64,000 nt of DNA, taken from assembly GCA_043780595.1 (NCBI GenBank), contig JAYWCL010000143.1:333-64332 (forward strand). The letters run 5' to 3'. Of the stretch, positions 8,569 to 17,771 are shown in pieces. How positions within the stretch are numbered: position 1 is the first letter of the stretch; every line of letters begins with the position of its first letter. A model generated the notes under the pieces. The model was not told the DNA's origin, did no database searches, and saw only the letters and a program-made list of their open reading frames with translations. The position numbers and the translations under genes are program-made. Source of the stretch: Limnoglobus sp. (GTDB lineage: Bacteria; Planctomycetota; Planctomycetia; Gemmatales; Gemmataceae).

Positions 8569-11421
8569 GTGAGACTTCTCGCTCCGTTCGTACTGTTGTG
8601 CTTCGCACAGGCAACTCTCGTTGTCGCACAAGATCCGGCTGCTCCCGCGAAGAAACCGGCCGAGGTCTTCCGCGAATCGCGCGACATCTTGCGCGATGGC
8701 AATCAAGAACTCGCTGCGGAACTCCTCAAAGAATTCTTTGCCCTCAAGCCGACCGATCAGGATTACCTGTCTTTAGAGGCGAAATACGGCCCGACGACCT
8801 TCCAGGGTCTGCGGAACGTCCCCCGTTGGTTCCCCGATGCCAAGCGGGATGCCGAGTTCAAATCGACGACGCTAGAAGGCATTATTCAGGCGTCGTTGGC
8901 TGCGAACGAAAAGCTGTTGCGCGATCCGAAACGGATCGCGAAGTTCGTACTCAATCTCGGAGCCACAAATGAAGAACGCGACTTCGCAATCGTCGAACTG
9001 AAGCGTAGCGGCGATGCCGTCGTGCCATATTTGGTCGATAACATCCGTACGGAAAGCGATCCCGCATTTCGTGCGGGTGCAATGCGGGCGATCGCGCTAC
9101 TCGGCTCGGATGCGATTCCCGGCTTGTTGATCGCAGCCGAGTCGGCACCCGACGACATTCAGAGCAGTATGTTACAAGCGATCGCCAAACGGGCGGACAT
9201 CATCAGCTTGATCGGCAAAACCGACACGAACATCATGCCGCTGTTGTGGTACCTCGCCTCGACTCCCGGCGACACGGCCACACTGCGTCGCGACAACGCA
9301 ATTAGCCTGTTACGTGCCCTTACAGGCGACAACTACGAGCGTCGCCAACCGGTTGCGGAACTCGTCAAGTTGTCGGAACCGCTTTACTCGCACAAGTCTC
9401 AGTTTGCAGGCTTGGACACGGTCAAAAACCGCGTCAAGTTGTGGTCGTACGATGCGAAAACCAAGGTGTTGTCGACGTCCGAAGTCTCTCTTCGCGAAGC
9501 CGAAGAGCGATACGGATTGAAATACCTACGCTGGGCCATCGAGCGGAACCCGACAGACGAATTCGCTCAAGAGCGTTTCTTATGCTTGGCCACCGAACGC
9601 GCCGTCGAACGTGCGAAGTTTGCCGACCTCGCGAAAGCCGAACCGGAAGTCTATTCATTGCTCGCCTCAGCCCCGTCGAACTCGCTGATTCACATCCTCG
9701 AAAACGCACTGATCGAGAACCGAACGGCGCTCGCATTTGGAACGATCCAAGCACTCGGCGATCGTTCGGAGAAACTCGCCGCCACGCAGCAACTGAAGGC
9801 GGGAACCAACCGACCCGCAGTGCTCGTGCGGGCAATGAGCTATCCCGATCCACGCGTACAACTCGCCGCCGCCGTGGCACTTCTGCGAATGCCAGCAGGT
9901 ACGAATCACGGTGCAAATGCGGCCATCGTCGACGTGCTTCGCCGCACGATTGCCGGCCAAGACGCCGGTGCGAATGCAACGAGCAAAGGCAAAGCGATTA
10001 TCGTCGACTCGAACACCCTGCGCGGCGACCGGATCGCAGGGTTGCTCCGTGGCCTCGGTTACGACACCGAAATCACGACCACGGGCCGCGAACTCATGAA
10101 GCGCGTCGGTCAGTCGTCGAACTTCGACCTGCTCGTCGTCGATCAGCACGTCGTCGATCCAGAATTGAACGATCTACTCGCATTCATCTCGGCATCGCAG
10201 CAGATAGCACGCCGTCCTGTGGCCGTCGTCGCGTCGGCAGACAACCCAAAGCCCGTTGGCCTCGAACCGCTGTTACTCCGTCTCGCGGCGTTGATTGCCG
10301 CAACCGAAAGCATCGACATCCCCGTACCCGCACCACTGATTCTCGACCGTCGTAAGCCGAAGGAAGACACCGACCGCGATCGCAAACTCAACACCGACGA
10401 CCGCGAGAAGATTTTCCGCCAAATCTACGAAGGACGGCTCGCGCGCACGAAGCGAATCACCGATGCCGCCAACATCGTCATCAACCCGCAACTCCGCTCG
10501 CGGCTCGATTTGCGTCTGCCGCAGTTGACGTTGGCGGCCATCGTCGCCGAGTACGACCCGACTGTGGAATCCGCACCGTCGACGATTCAGAATCTTGCGA
10601 ACTACACGCAACTGATTCGCAATCAGGTCGATATTGACCCCAGCGCGATGAAAGTGCCGCTCGAATCGTTGAACAAGCTCATCGAGCAACTCGAGACGGC
10701 TTTGACGCCGGAATTGTCGAAGAAATTCGATGCGATTCGGTTGAAGTTAAATCCTACCGAACTGGCGATCGCACGCACGCCGAGCCTGGAACCGTTCGCC
10801 CGTGCGAAAATTGCCAAGCGAGTGAAGCCATACGCAGGCGTCGCGTTAATCGACGAGCCGTACTCGAGCTACGCCCTCGAAAACGACTTGAAAGTGCTGT
10901 TCGCAGACCCAACGCAGATGCCGCGCGACCCCGCAGAAAAGAAGGCTGCCGCGAAACTGGCGATGGATTGGTTGCGAAAGTTGGCGGTGGGCGAACTTCC
11001 TGGCTACGACATCAAAACCGTCGAAAGTGCTTTCGTGCAATCGCTGGCGAACGACGAACTCGCCGAGGCCGCCGCAGAGTCTTTGGCGCGAATCCCGACT
11101 GCAAGCGCACAGCAAGAACTCGTGAAAGTGGCCGCCAACGCGACGCGACCCGCAAACCTGCGAGTGAAAGCCGCCGAAGCCGCGATCCAACACGTGCAGA
11201 CCTACGGCAAGTTGACACCCGAGCCGATCATTCAACAGGTTTTAGTTCAATTGGCAGCGGAACCGGCACCGGAGATCAAAGCGAAACTGTCGGTCGTCTC
11301 TGCGTTGATTACGAACGCACCGAACCAACTCGCGAAGAAAATCCAGGCGTTCACAATACCGGTGCCGATGCCCAAAGAAGCCACCACGCCGCCCGCGAAA
11401 GAAGGCGAACCGAAGAACTGA
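8569..11421 (+). CDS. Exported HEAT-repeat protein with an internal receiver-like domain
   Basis: GTG start after GGAGG; signal peptide MRLLAPFVLLCFAQATLVVAQ; HEAT-like DPDPRVQLAAAVALL; REC-like AIIVDS...GYDT...FDLLVVD...PVAVVAS. Confidence 0.75.
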   Translation: MRLLAPFVLLCFAQATLVVAQDPAAPAKKPAEVFRESRDILRDGNQELAAELLKEFFALKPTDQDYLSLEAKYGPTTFQGLRNVPRWFPDAKRDAEFKSTTLEGIIQASLAANEKLLRDPKRIAKFVLNLGATNEERDFAIVELKRSGDAVVPYLVDNIRTESDPAFRAGAMRAIALLGSDAIPGLLIAAESAPDDIQSSMLQAIAKRADIISLIGKTDTNIMPLLWYLASTPGDTATLRRDNAISLLRALTGDNYERRQPVAELVKLSEPLYSHKSQFAGLDTVKNRVKLWSYDAKTKVLSTSEVSLREAEERYGLKYLRWAIERNPTDEFAQERFLCLATERAVERAKFADLAKAEPEVYSLLASAPSNSLIHILENALIENRTALAFGTIQALGDRSEKLAATQQLKAGTNRPAVLVRAMSYPDPRVQLAAAVALLRMPAGTNHGANAAIVDVLRRTIAGQDAGANATSKGKAIIVDSNTLRGDRIAGLLRGLGYDTEITTTGRELMKRVGQSSNFDLLVVDQHVVDPELNDLLAFISASQQIARRPVAVVASADNPKPVGLEPLLLRLAALIAATESIDIPVPAPLILDRRKPKEDTDRDRKLNTDDREKIFRQIYEGRLARTKRITDAANIVINPQLRSRLDLRLPQLTLAAIVAEYDPTVESAPSTIQNLANYTQLIRNQVDIDPSAMKVPLESLNKLIEQLETALTPELSKKFDAIRLKLNPTELAIARTPSLEPFARAKIAKRVKPYAGVALIDEPYSSYALENDLKVLFADPTQMPRDPAEKKAAAKLAMDWLRKLAVGELPGYDIKTVESAFVQSLANDELAEAAAESLARIPTASAQQELVKVAANATRPANLRVKAAEAAIQHVQTYGKLTPEPIIQQVLVQLAAEPAPEIKAKLSVVSALITNAPNQLAKKIQAFTIPVPMPKEATTPPAKEGEPKN

Positions 11422-11430
11422 TCGGGTGCT

Positions 11431-11534
11431 TACGAGCCACCGGGTTCATCCCGGTGGGAGGTCATCCTACGAGCCACCGGGTTCATCCCGGTGGGAGGTC
11501 ATCCTACGAGCCACCGGGTTCATCCCGGTGGGAG
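11431..11534 (+). repeat. REP-like family A: three tandem copies, 37-bp period
   Basis: (TACGAGCCACCGGGTTCATCCCGGTGGGAG + GTCATCC) x3, last linker absent. Each unit has a CCACCGGG-ttcat-CCCGGTGG hairpin. Confidence 0.9.
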
Positions 11535-11659
11535 ATTCGTAAGGAAGTGAGCGAAGCCGAATTCACAACACCGACCGAGATCGCGAATCGCTTCGTTCGC
11601 GAATCGCTCGACAAGTTGGGTTTGCTTCGCCAAAAGCCTACAGAACAAGGATAATTCGC

Positions 11660-12226
11660 ATGTCACGCATCAGTCGAATTTCGACATCTACCGCGTTGTG
11701 GGCCATCGCGGGGGGCGTTGCAGTCATCGCTTTTATCCCCGCGATGTTTATTTACGGGGCGTTCGCACAAATGCGCGATGCTCATTCGCGAGTCGAAGCG
11801 CGCAAGGCGGAAGCAGCAATTGCACCCGCACCGCCAGCGCCACGGCTGATCGCGGGCAAGGACGCATTCATTTCCGGCCCGTGCCAGTTCTCGATTTTAT
11901 CCGCAAAATTCGTCGGCTCAAAAGTCGCTTTGCGAGTGGAATATCGTGTGAATTCCCTTGAAAAGAAGCTCGATTTGCTCACGCCAACGTATTGGAGTCA
12001 AGGCATCAAAATCGTAGATGAGTTCGGGAACAACTACGAATTGGATCGACGCGATAACTACGCGCAAGTCGTCATTGCTGGCAAGCCGTACGAAGAATGG
12101 TGGCGAATCGAAGCCCCGATACCCGCCGCGAAGTCGATTTTGCTCGACCTACCTTCGACGATCATCGACGGTTCCCGTGAAAAGATCATGCGTTTTGAAC
12201 TGCCAATTTCCTTTATTTCCAAGTAA
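11660..12226 (+). CDS. Hypothetical membrane-anchored protein with a probable Ig-like beta domain (DUF4352-like)
   Basis: N-terminal TM helix, Pro/Ala linker, beta-rich C-terminus with IVDEFGNNYEL. Confidence 0.65.
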   Translation: MSRISRISTSTALWAIAGGVAVIAFIPAMFIYGAFAQMRDAHSRVEARKAEAAIAPAPPAPRLIAGKDAFISGPCQFSILSAKFVGSKVALRVEYRVNSLEKKLDLLTPTYWSQGIKIVDEFGNNYELDRRDNYAQVVIAGKPYEEWWRIEAPIPAAKSILLDLPSTIIDGSREKIMRFELPISFISK

Positions 12227-12421
12227 TTTATCGCTTCCCTCCAGCGCCTCACAATCACCCGGCACTGCGATTCTTCGACCGGCGTCATAAGGATGAACCC
12301 AAGGCGTTGCCTTAGGCAGGTAAAACCGGCCCCTCATGCCGGAAAACTCGACCTCGCGCCGTAACAGGTACCGAACAAGAGTGTCGTGGAAATCCACTGC
12401 AAAGCCCAACTTTACATCACA

Positions 12422-12469
12422 TCGGGTTCATCCCGAGAGTCTCCCACCGGGACAAGCCCGGTGGCTCGT
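12422..12469 (-). repeat. REP-like family A: inverted variant plus short half-copy
   Basis: Reverse complement of 12441-12469 is ACGAGCCACCGGG-cttgt-CCCGGTGGGAG (stem kept, loop changed). 12422-12436 is TCGGG-ttcat-CCCGA. Confidence 0.8.
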
Positions 12470-12555
12470 GTGGTAGTTTTTTGCGCAAGTCGTTGGTGTA
12501 TCCTCGTTCCCGTGCATCGAATGGTGAAAGTGTTGCCGAAACGAGGTTGGTTCCC

Positions 12556-13314
12556 ATGGTTGAAAATCATAAACTCGCGATGAAACTCGGCCAGCCTTCC
12601 CTCGCCGAACTGACCAAACGACACGTCGCAACTCGTTGCCAGTCAACGGAATCCGAAACGGACATCCAAGTCGAACCGTACGAAGTCGTGTCGGGCTTCA
12701 TGGCCGACCTTCAAACGACTTGGTCCGAAGCGAATCTCGTCAATCGCCTGTTCGGCCTGAGCGAAAAGAACCTCACCGCACCGGCAGACTGGTCGAGTTA
12801 CGTTCGCAAACTGCCACCGACGAACTACCTCACGCTGAACCTCGGCCACTACCCACAACAAGTGTCCGATCTCGCGAGTTTGATCGCGAAGTCGGGCAAA
12901 ACTTCGCAGCCCGCGCAATGGAAATTGAACATTCCGAAGAGTGTTGCAGCGAACACGGCACTCGGTTTGATGACCGCCGCCGCCATTTCCCGATTGTCTG
13001 GCGAGTACGCCAATGCGTTCCGATCGCTCGACGAAGCGGCTAAACTCGCAGCCGACGACGCCACCCGGCTCGCGATCCAAAACGAGCGAGCGGGCACGCA
13101 CTGGGCGAAAGGCGACACCGAAGACGCCGTGCAACTTTGGAGCAAAATGCCCGCGTCGAACAATGTGGCCCGCTTCAATCTAGGTGTCGTTGCACTGTCG
13201 CAAGGCAAAAATGCGGAAGCGGTTCCGTATTTCCGAGAGATTTCTGGTAGTTTGCCGAATCGTTCGGGCTGGAGCCACCTCGCGGACCTATACTTATCAC
13301 TGGCAAGCATTTAA
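12556..13314 (+). CDS. Hypothetical TPR-like protein
   Basis: ATG 12556 after GAGGT; helical repeats NERAGTHWAKGDTEDAVQLW, VARFNLGVVALSQGKNAEAVPYF. Confidence 0.7.
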   Translation: MVENHKLAMKLGQPSLAELTKRHVATRCQSTESETDIQVEPYEVVSGFMADLQTTWSEANLVNRLFGLSEKNLTAPADWSSYVRKLPPTNYLTLNLGHYPQQVSDLASLIAKSGKTSQPAQWKLNIPKSVAANTALGLMTAAAISRLSGEYANAFRSLDEAAKLAADDATRLAIQNERAGTHWAKGDTEDAVQLWSKMPASNNVARFNLGVVALSQGKNAEAVPYFREISGSLPNRSGWSHLADLYLSLASI

Positions 13315-13579
13315 GTCGCTTTCGCTCATTTGGCAGATCGACGGGAAACGCCTCGATCGTCGGGAAAATCGACAGTGTCGGCTTTCTCTTATGGTTTCTC
13401 GGGTGGCTTTGTGTTGTTTATCTCAGCGACTTGAGCTAACATTTTGTCGTCCCGCCGTGTGGCAACTTCGATGACTGGGCGACGTTGAAGTGGTCTGCGG
13501 CGGGACATTTTCGTGCGCGGTTCGATTTCTCGCTCGTGTACAATTCGAGAAGATATTTCCAAACTCCATTTTTAGACAC

Positions 13580-13609
13580 TTGCGGTCGGTAATTCCTACT
13601 CGGTATGAT
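13580..13609 (+). promoter_or_regulatory. Possible sigma70-type promoter of the HNH gene
   Basis: TTGCGG-N18-TATGAT about 110 nt upstream of the ATG; pattern match only. Confidence 0.3.
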
Positions 13610-13717
13610 GGTGTATCACTCGAACCTCGCGACGCATTCCGCCGTCGTTAGTTTCGACGACGCAGACGGATACATCCTGTCCGTCGCTCGTCGGCTTCGA
13701 GAAAGGGATGGCACATC

Positions 13718-14353
13718 ATGAGTTCCGTTTCGCACTCGCCGCTCGATTCGAGCGTGTTGGTCCTGAATAAAATGTTCATGGCCGTACACGTGATCTCCGT
13801 ACGACGTGCGTTCTGTCTGCTGTGCAAGGAGTTGGCCGAGGTCGTCGCGCTCGAAGAGGGCACGTTCAACAGTTACGATTTCACGAGTTGGCTGGAAGTC
13901 AGTGCGTACCGAGCCAAGAACTTCCGTCAGGAAGACGACGATTGGGTTCGCACGACCAATTCGGAAATTCAAGCTCCGCGCGTGATACGCTTGTTGGATT
14001 ACGATCGCGTTCCGAAGCAGTCGGTGAAGTTCAACCGTCGGAACATCTTCGCGCGCGACCACAACCAGTGCCAGTATTGCGGCAAGAAGTTCTCGACATC
14101 GGAACTCAGTTTGGATCACGTAATCCCACGTAGCCAGGGTGGGGGTACATCTTGGGAAAACATCGTGTGTGCCTGCGTGAATTGTAATGTCCGAAAGGGT
14201 GGTAGAACCCCAAAACAAGCCAATATGACGCTGATTCGCAAGCCCGAGAAGCCGAAGCGCAGCCCGATGTTGAATATGAAGTTGTCGCAGAACAAATACC
14301 GGTCGTGGTCGTCGTTCCTCGACAATGCCTACTGGTCGGTCGAATTGAAGTAG
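13718..14353 (+). CDS. HNH endonuclease, McrA-like VLVLN family
   Basis: VLVLNK, FNRRNIFARD, CQYCG, LDHVIPRSQGG, WENIVCACVNCNVRKG. Confidence 0.9.
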   Translation: MSSVSHSPLDSSVLVLNKMFMAVHVISVRRAFCLLCKELAEVVALEEGTFNSYDFTSWLEVSAYRAKNFRQEDDDWVRTTNSEIQAPRVIRLLDYDRVPKQSVKFNRRNIFARDHNQCQYCGKKFSTSELSLDHVIPRSQGGGTSWENIVCACVNCNVRKGGRTPKQANMTLIRKPEKPKRSPMLNMKLSQNKYRSWSSFLDNAYWSVELK

Positions 14354-14363
14354 CGGATCAACT

Positions 14364-14498
14364 CCCAGGGGTACGACGAGGACGTCTAACCCTGGGCTAT
14401 GAGATGGAACCCCGTTGGGGTAAATGCACTGTCAGTTTGTACCCCAACGGGGTTAGTTCGTTCAGCCCAGGGTTAGACGCTTACGTCGTACCCCTGGG
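14364..14498. repeat. REPIN-like family B: 135-bp inverted-repeat element between convergent genes
   Basis: Paired arms CCCAGGGGTACGACG/CGTCGTACCCCTGGG, CGTCTAACCCTGGGCT/AGCCCAGGGTTAGACG and AACCCCGTTGGGGTA/TACCCCAACGGGGTT. Confidence 0.88.
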
Positions 14499-14511
14499 TG
14501 AGACTAATACA

Positions 14512-16611
14512 TTAAATCTTGTCGATCGAGTCGATCCAGACGCACAATTCCAATAGCGTTTCTTGCAGCATATACTCTTTGCCGAAGTCTTTCAGTTGGC
14601 GATAGATCACCGGGAAGCGTTTGTCGATGAGTGCCGGTTTGCTCTCGGCGATGGTTTTGATTGCGGGATCTTTTTCCCCGCCGACAATGTAGAACGAGAG
14701 CGGTTGGTTCGGGAGGTTGTCCTTCGGCTGCGTGCCGAGCGATGCCCCCGTGGTGGCGACGCCGCGGATCGTGTCGCGGGCGTTGAAGCCGAGGTAGAAG
14801 CCCATCTGCCCGCCGACGCCCATGCCATGCGCGATCACCCGCGAGCGGTCGATCGTGTATTGCCCGAAGACTTCTTTGACGTCTTGCACGACGCCTTCAG
14901 TTTCGCTGGCGACCCAACCATCGTTGCTCTGCGCCTTCGGGCCGACCATGATGTAGTGGAAGTCTTCGAGAAACGGCCGCCAGATCTTGACCATGTCGTC
15001 GGCATCTTTACCGCCCTTGCCGAGCGGGTGTAGCCAGATGATGACGCCGTGCGAAATGTTCGGCTTGTAGTTCAGCGGAACGAACATCCAATATTCGCGG
15101 CCCAGCGTCGCATTCTTTCGCTTCAACAGTCCGAGTTCCGGTTCCTTTTTCTCGTCGTCTTTCTTCTCGTCGGCCTTCGGTGGATCCTTCGGTTTCACGG
15201 GAACCGCCATCGGCCCGCCCGCGATTGTCTTCGGCTTGTCCAGAGCTTTCTCAAATGTCGAAGGCAACGGCAACGCGGCGGGGAGCGTCTCCGGCACCGC
15301 GGTCAGGCGTAGCGTTTTCGTCTCGGTTTTGCCGCCGTCTTTCCGCTTCACTTCGATCTTCACTTCGTCGCCCGCCGCGAACTTGTTGACGATCGTCGAC
15401 ATCTGCGCACGGCCCTGAATCACCGCCATTGGCGGTACGGGTTGACCGGGTGCGCCGACGGGGGCGATCTTCAGAATCCGGTCGCCGGGCTTTAGGCCCG
15501 CTTCCTCGGCAGGGCTTTGCGGGAAGACGAAACGGATCTCGACGCCGAGTTCGGGGTCGTCGCGCATCGGCAAGATTCCGATGAACGGATTCGCGAACGC
15601 GGTCACCGCACCGGATAGTTTCACGGCGGGGAATTCCATCTCTTTGCTATCGCGAATCACCTTGATCGTCACCGAATCGCCTTCGTACTTCGGTCCCATA
15701 ATGTGCATGAGTTGCGTGTAATTCGCGACCGGTTTGCCGTCGATCGAAACGACCTTATCGCCGACCTTGATCCCCGCCTTCGCTGCGGCCGAATCGGCAT
15801 TGACGCGACCGACGACGACATCGTCGAGGTACAACTCTTGGCTTTGCGCGGTGATGCCGATCAGGCCGCGGCGAAGGTCTTTGCCTTCGCGCAACTTCGG
15901 CAGGATCGCGAAAATGTCTTCGAGCGGAATCGCGAACCCGATGCCGGAATCGTACCATTCGACGCCCGCCGTCTCGGCTTCGCCACGCGGCGACGCGGGA
16001 ACGAGAATGCCTTGCACGCGGCCATCGATTGCGATCAGCGGCCCGCCATAATTCACCGGTGACACCTTAGCGTCAGTCTGGATCGCCTTGCCGGAAATGC
16101 GACCGAGTGCGCTAATAATTCCCACGCTCATCGACGGCGGCGTATCGACTTCGGGCATCAATGCCCGCCCCAACGCGAGCGACCACTGGCCGACCTGGAG
16201 TTCCGCATTTTTCACCGCCACTGGCACGGGAAGGTCTTTCGCATCGACTTTCAGTAGCGTTAGCATCCGCGTAGTATCGTTCGCGATCACCTTGGCCACA
16301 AGCCGCGTGGGGCGACCGGGGATCGTCACGAAAATGTCCGAAGGCTTGTTCGCAAAGTTGAAGGCGCTCGTCAGGATGTAGCCATCGGCGGCCACGATCA
16401 CGCCCGTGGTGGGGCCGCGACCTTTCCGCACGCCGCCCGCCGGCGCACCGGCACTGTCGGTGCCGCCCGCCGTTTCGATCTTCACGACCGAAGGGGCCAC
16501 CTTCGCGGCCGCAGCCTTCATCGTCTGCTCGTTTTTCTCGTTCAAGTCTTGTGCGAACGCGGAACACGCAACGAGGAACAAGCTCAGGAAGGAGATCGCA
16601 TACCGAATCAT
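14512..16611 (-). CDS. HtrA-like pseudoprotease: trypsin fold, two PDZ domains and a C-terminal alpha/beta-hydrolase-like domain
   Basis: Signal peptide. Triad positions read TSAFNF / TRMLTL / SPVNYGGPL (no His, Asp or Ser). Hydrolase elbow reads HGMGVGG (no Ser). Confidence 0.85.
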   Translation of the reverse strand: MIRYAISFLSLFLVACSAFAQDLNEKNEQTMKAAAAKVAPSVVKIETAGGTDSAGAPAGGVRKGRGPTTGVIVAADGYILTSAFNFANKPSDIFVTIPGRPTRLVAKVIANDTTRMLTLLKVDAKDLPVPVAVKNAELQVGQWSLALGRALMPEVDTPPSMSVGIISALGRISGKAIQTDAKVSPVNYGGPLIAIDGRVQGILVPASPRGEAETAGVEWYDSGIGFAIPLEDIFAILPKLREGKDLRRGLIGITAQSQELYLDDVVVGRVNADSAAAKAGIKVGDKVVSIDGKPVANYTQLMHIMGPKYEGDSVTIKVIRDSKEMEFPAVKLSGAVTAFANPFIGILPMRDDPELGVEIRFVFPQSPAEEAGLKPGDRILKIAPVGAPGQPVPPMAVIQGRAQMSTIVNKFAAGDEVKIEVKRKDGGKTETKTLRLTAVPETLPAALPLPSTFEKALDKPKTIAGGPMAVPVKPKDPPKADEKKDDEKKEPELGLLKRKNATLGREYWMFVPLNYKPNISHGVIIWLHPLGKGGKDADDMVKIWRPFLEDFHYIMVGPKAQSNDGWVASETEGVVQDVKEVFGQYTIDRSRVIAHGMGVGGQMGFYLGFNARDTIRGVATTGASLGTQPKDNLPNQPLSFYIVGGEKDPAIKTIAESKPALIDKRFPVIYRQLKDFGKEYMLQETLLELCVWIDSIDKI

Positions 16612-16658
16612 GGGAACTTCTCGGGGGCTTCAAAGTGGCAACGGGTCGCGTTCGCGGA

Positions 16659-17768
16659 TCACGGTTTCTTCGGGGCCATCGGCTTAGCGGGGTATTCGCC
16701 GAGTTCGATGTCGATCGATTGCAGGTTGTCGCCACGACGGACTTCGAGCCGAATCTTCGATCCGGGCTTCGTGCGTTTCATGAAATCGCGAAAGCCGTTG
16801 ATGCTGTAAATCGGCTCGCCGTCGATGAAACTCACGAGGTCGTCGACCTTCAAACCGGCCTTCGCGGCCGGCGAATTCGGGAACACGTCATCGACGTAGG
16901 GCGGCGTGCGGTCGAGTACGTTCGGCACGAACACGATGCCGTGATACCCGCCGATGCCAATGACGATGTCCGGGCGTTTCACGGGCTTATACTTGCCCTG
17001 CATCCCGAGTTCGACGAACTTCGCGAGGCCAATTTTCACCGTCTTGTCGCCATCTTTTACGTCGACTTCGGCACCGATCGGGATCGCGTAGTTCATCCAA
17101 GTTTCACTTTGCGTGTTGCGAATTTCCTTGCCGATGACGCCGAGGAGGTTGCCCTTGCGGTCGGTGAGTGCCCCACCGCCTGCACCGGGGTTGTTCGTAA
17201 TCGCATCGACGATGTAGACATCGCCGGTGTACGGGAAGTCGAAGATTCCGCGTCGCCCGTGCATCTTTGTGTACGCGGCCACGACACCGCGTTGCACGGT
17301 CATCGCTTCGTCGCGCATCGCGATTTCAAACGAGTTGCTGAAGCCGAGAACCCAGTCGCCCGGTTGGGCACGCGGTCGTTTGAGTTCCTCCGCAAACGAA
17401 AAATGTTCGAGTTCCAGCCCCGTCGGCTCGTCGATCTTTTTCCCTTCGACGCGGAGTTTCAAGATCGCTGCATCGAGTTCGGGTTCGGTCACGAGCACCG
17501 TTGCTTTCAGCTTTCGCCCATCGTGCAGGTGAACGACGATCTCGGCCGAATCGAGCATCTGGCTGGCCGACGTCAGGATGTGACCATCGGGCGAGATGAC
17601 GATGCCCGTGCCGTAATTCGACACGCCGCGAAAGCCACCCGCGCCGAACAGTTTCACGAGCTTCTGATTCACTTTCTCGGAAACCGCGTGGAACGGATCG
17701 GCCGCCATCGACGCCGTCGTGGCCGCTATTGCGAGTATCATCGCCGTCAGCATTCGCATGATGTTCAT
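16659..17768 (-). CDS. HtrA-like pseudoprotease with one PDZ domain
   Basis: Signal peptide. GHILTSASQM (no His), LDAAIL, NNPGAGGGAL (no Ser); PDZ SPAAKAGLKVDD. Confidence 0.85.
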   Translation of the reverse strand: MNIMRMLTAMILAIAATTASMAADPFHAVSEKVNQKLVKLFGAGGFRGVSNYGTGIVISPDGHILTSASQMLDSAEIVVHLHDGRKLKATVLVTEPELDAAILKLRVEGKKIDEPTGLELEHFSFAEELKRPRAQPGDWVLGFSNSFEIAMRDEAMTVQRGVVAAYTKMHGRRGIFDFPYTGDVYIVDAITNNPGAGGGALTDRKGNLLGVIGKEIRNTQSETWMNYAIPIGAEVDVKDGDKTVKIGLAKFVELGMQGKYKPVKRPDIVIGIGGYHGIVFVPNVLDRTPPYVDDVFPNSPAAKAGLKVDDLVSFIDGEPIYSINGFRDFMKRTKPGSKIRLEVRRGDNLQSIDIELGEYPAKPMAPKKP

Positions 17769-17771
17769 CTC

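Noticed and set aside
11431-11534. CRISPR array
   Set aside because: The linkers are identical 7-mers rather than unique 25-45 bp spacers, there are no cas genes, and solo copies occur elsewhere.
13718-14353. IscB/HEARO-type RNA-guided nuclease
   Set aside because: No PLMP, RuvC or bridge-helix motifs; too short; no omega-RNA recognisable upstream.
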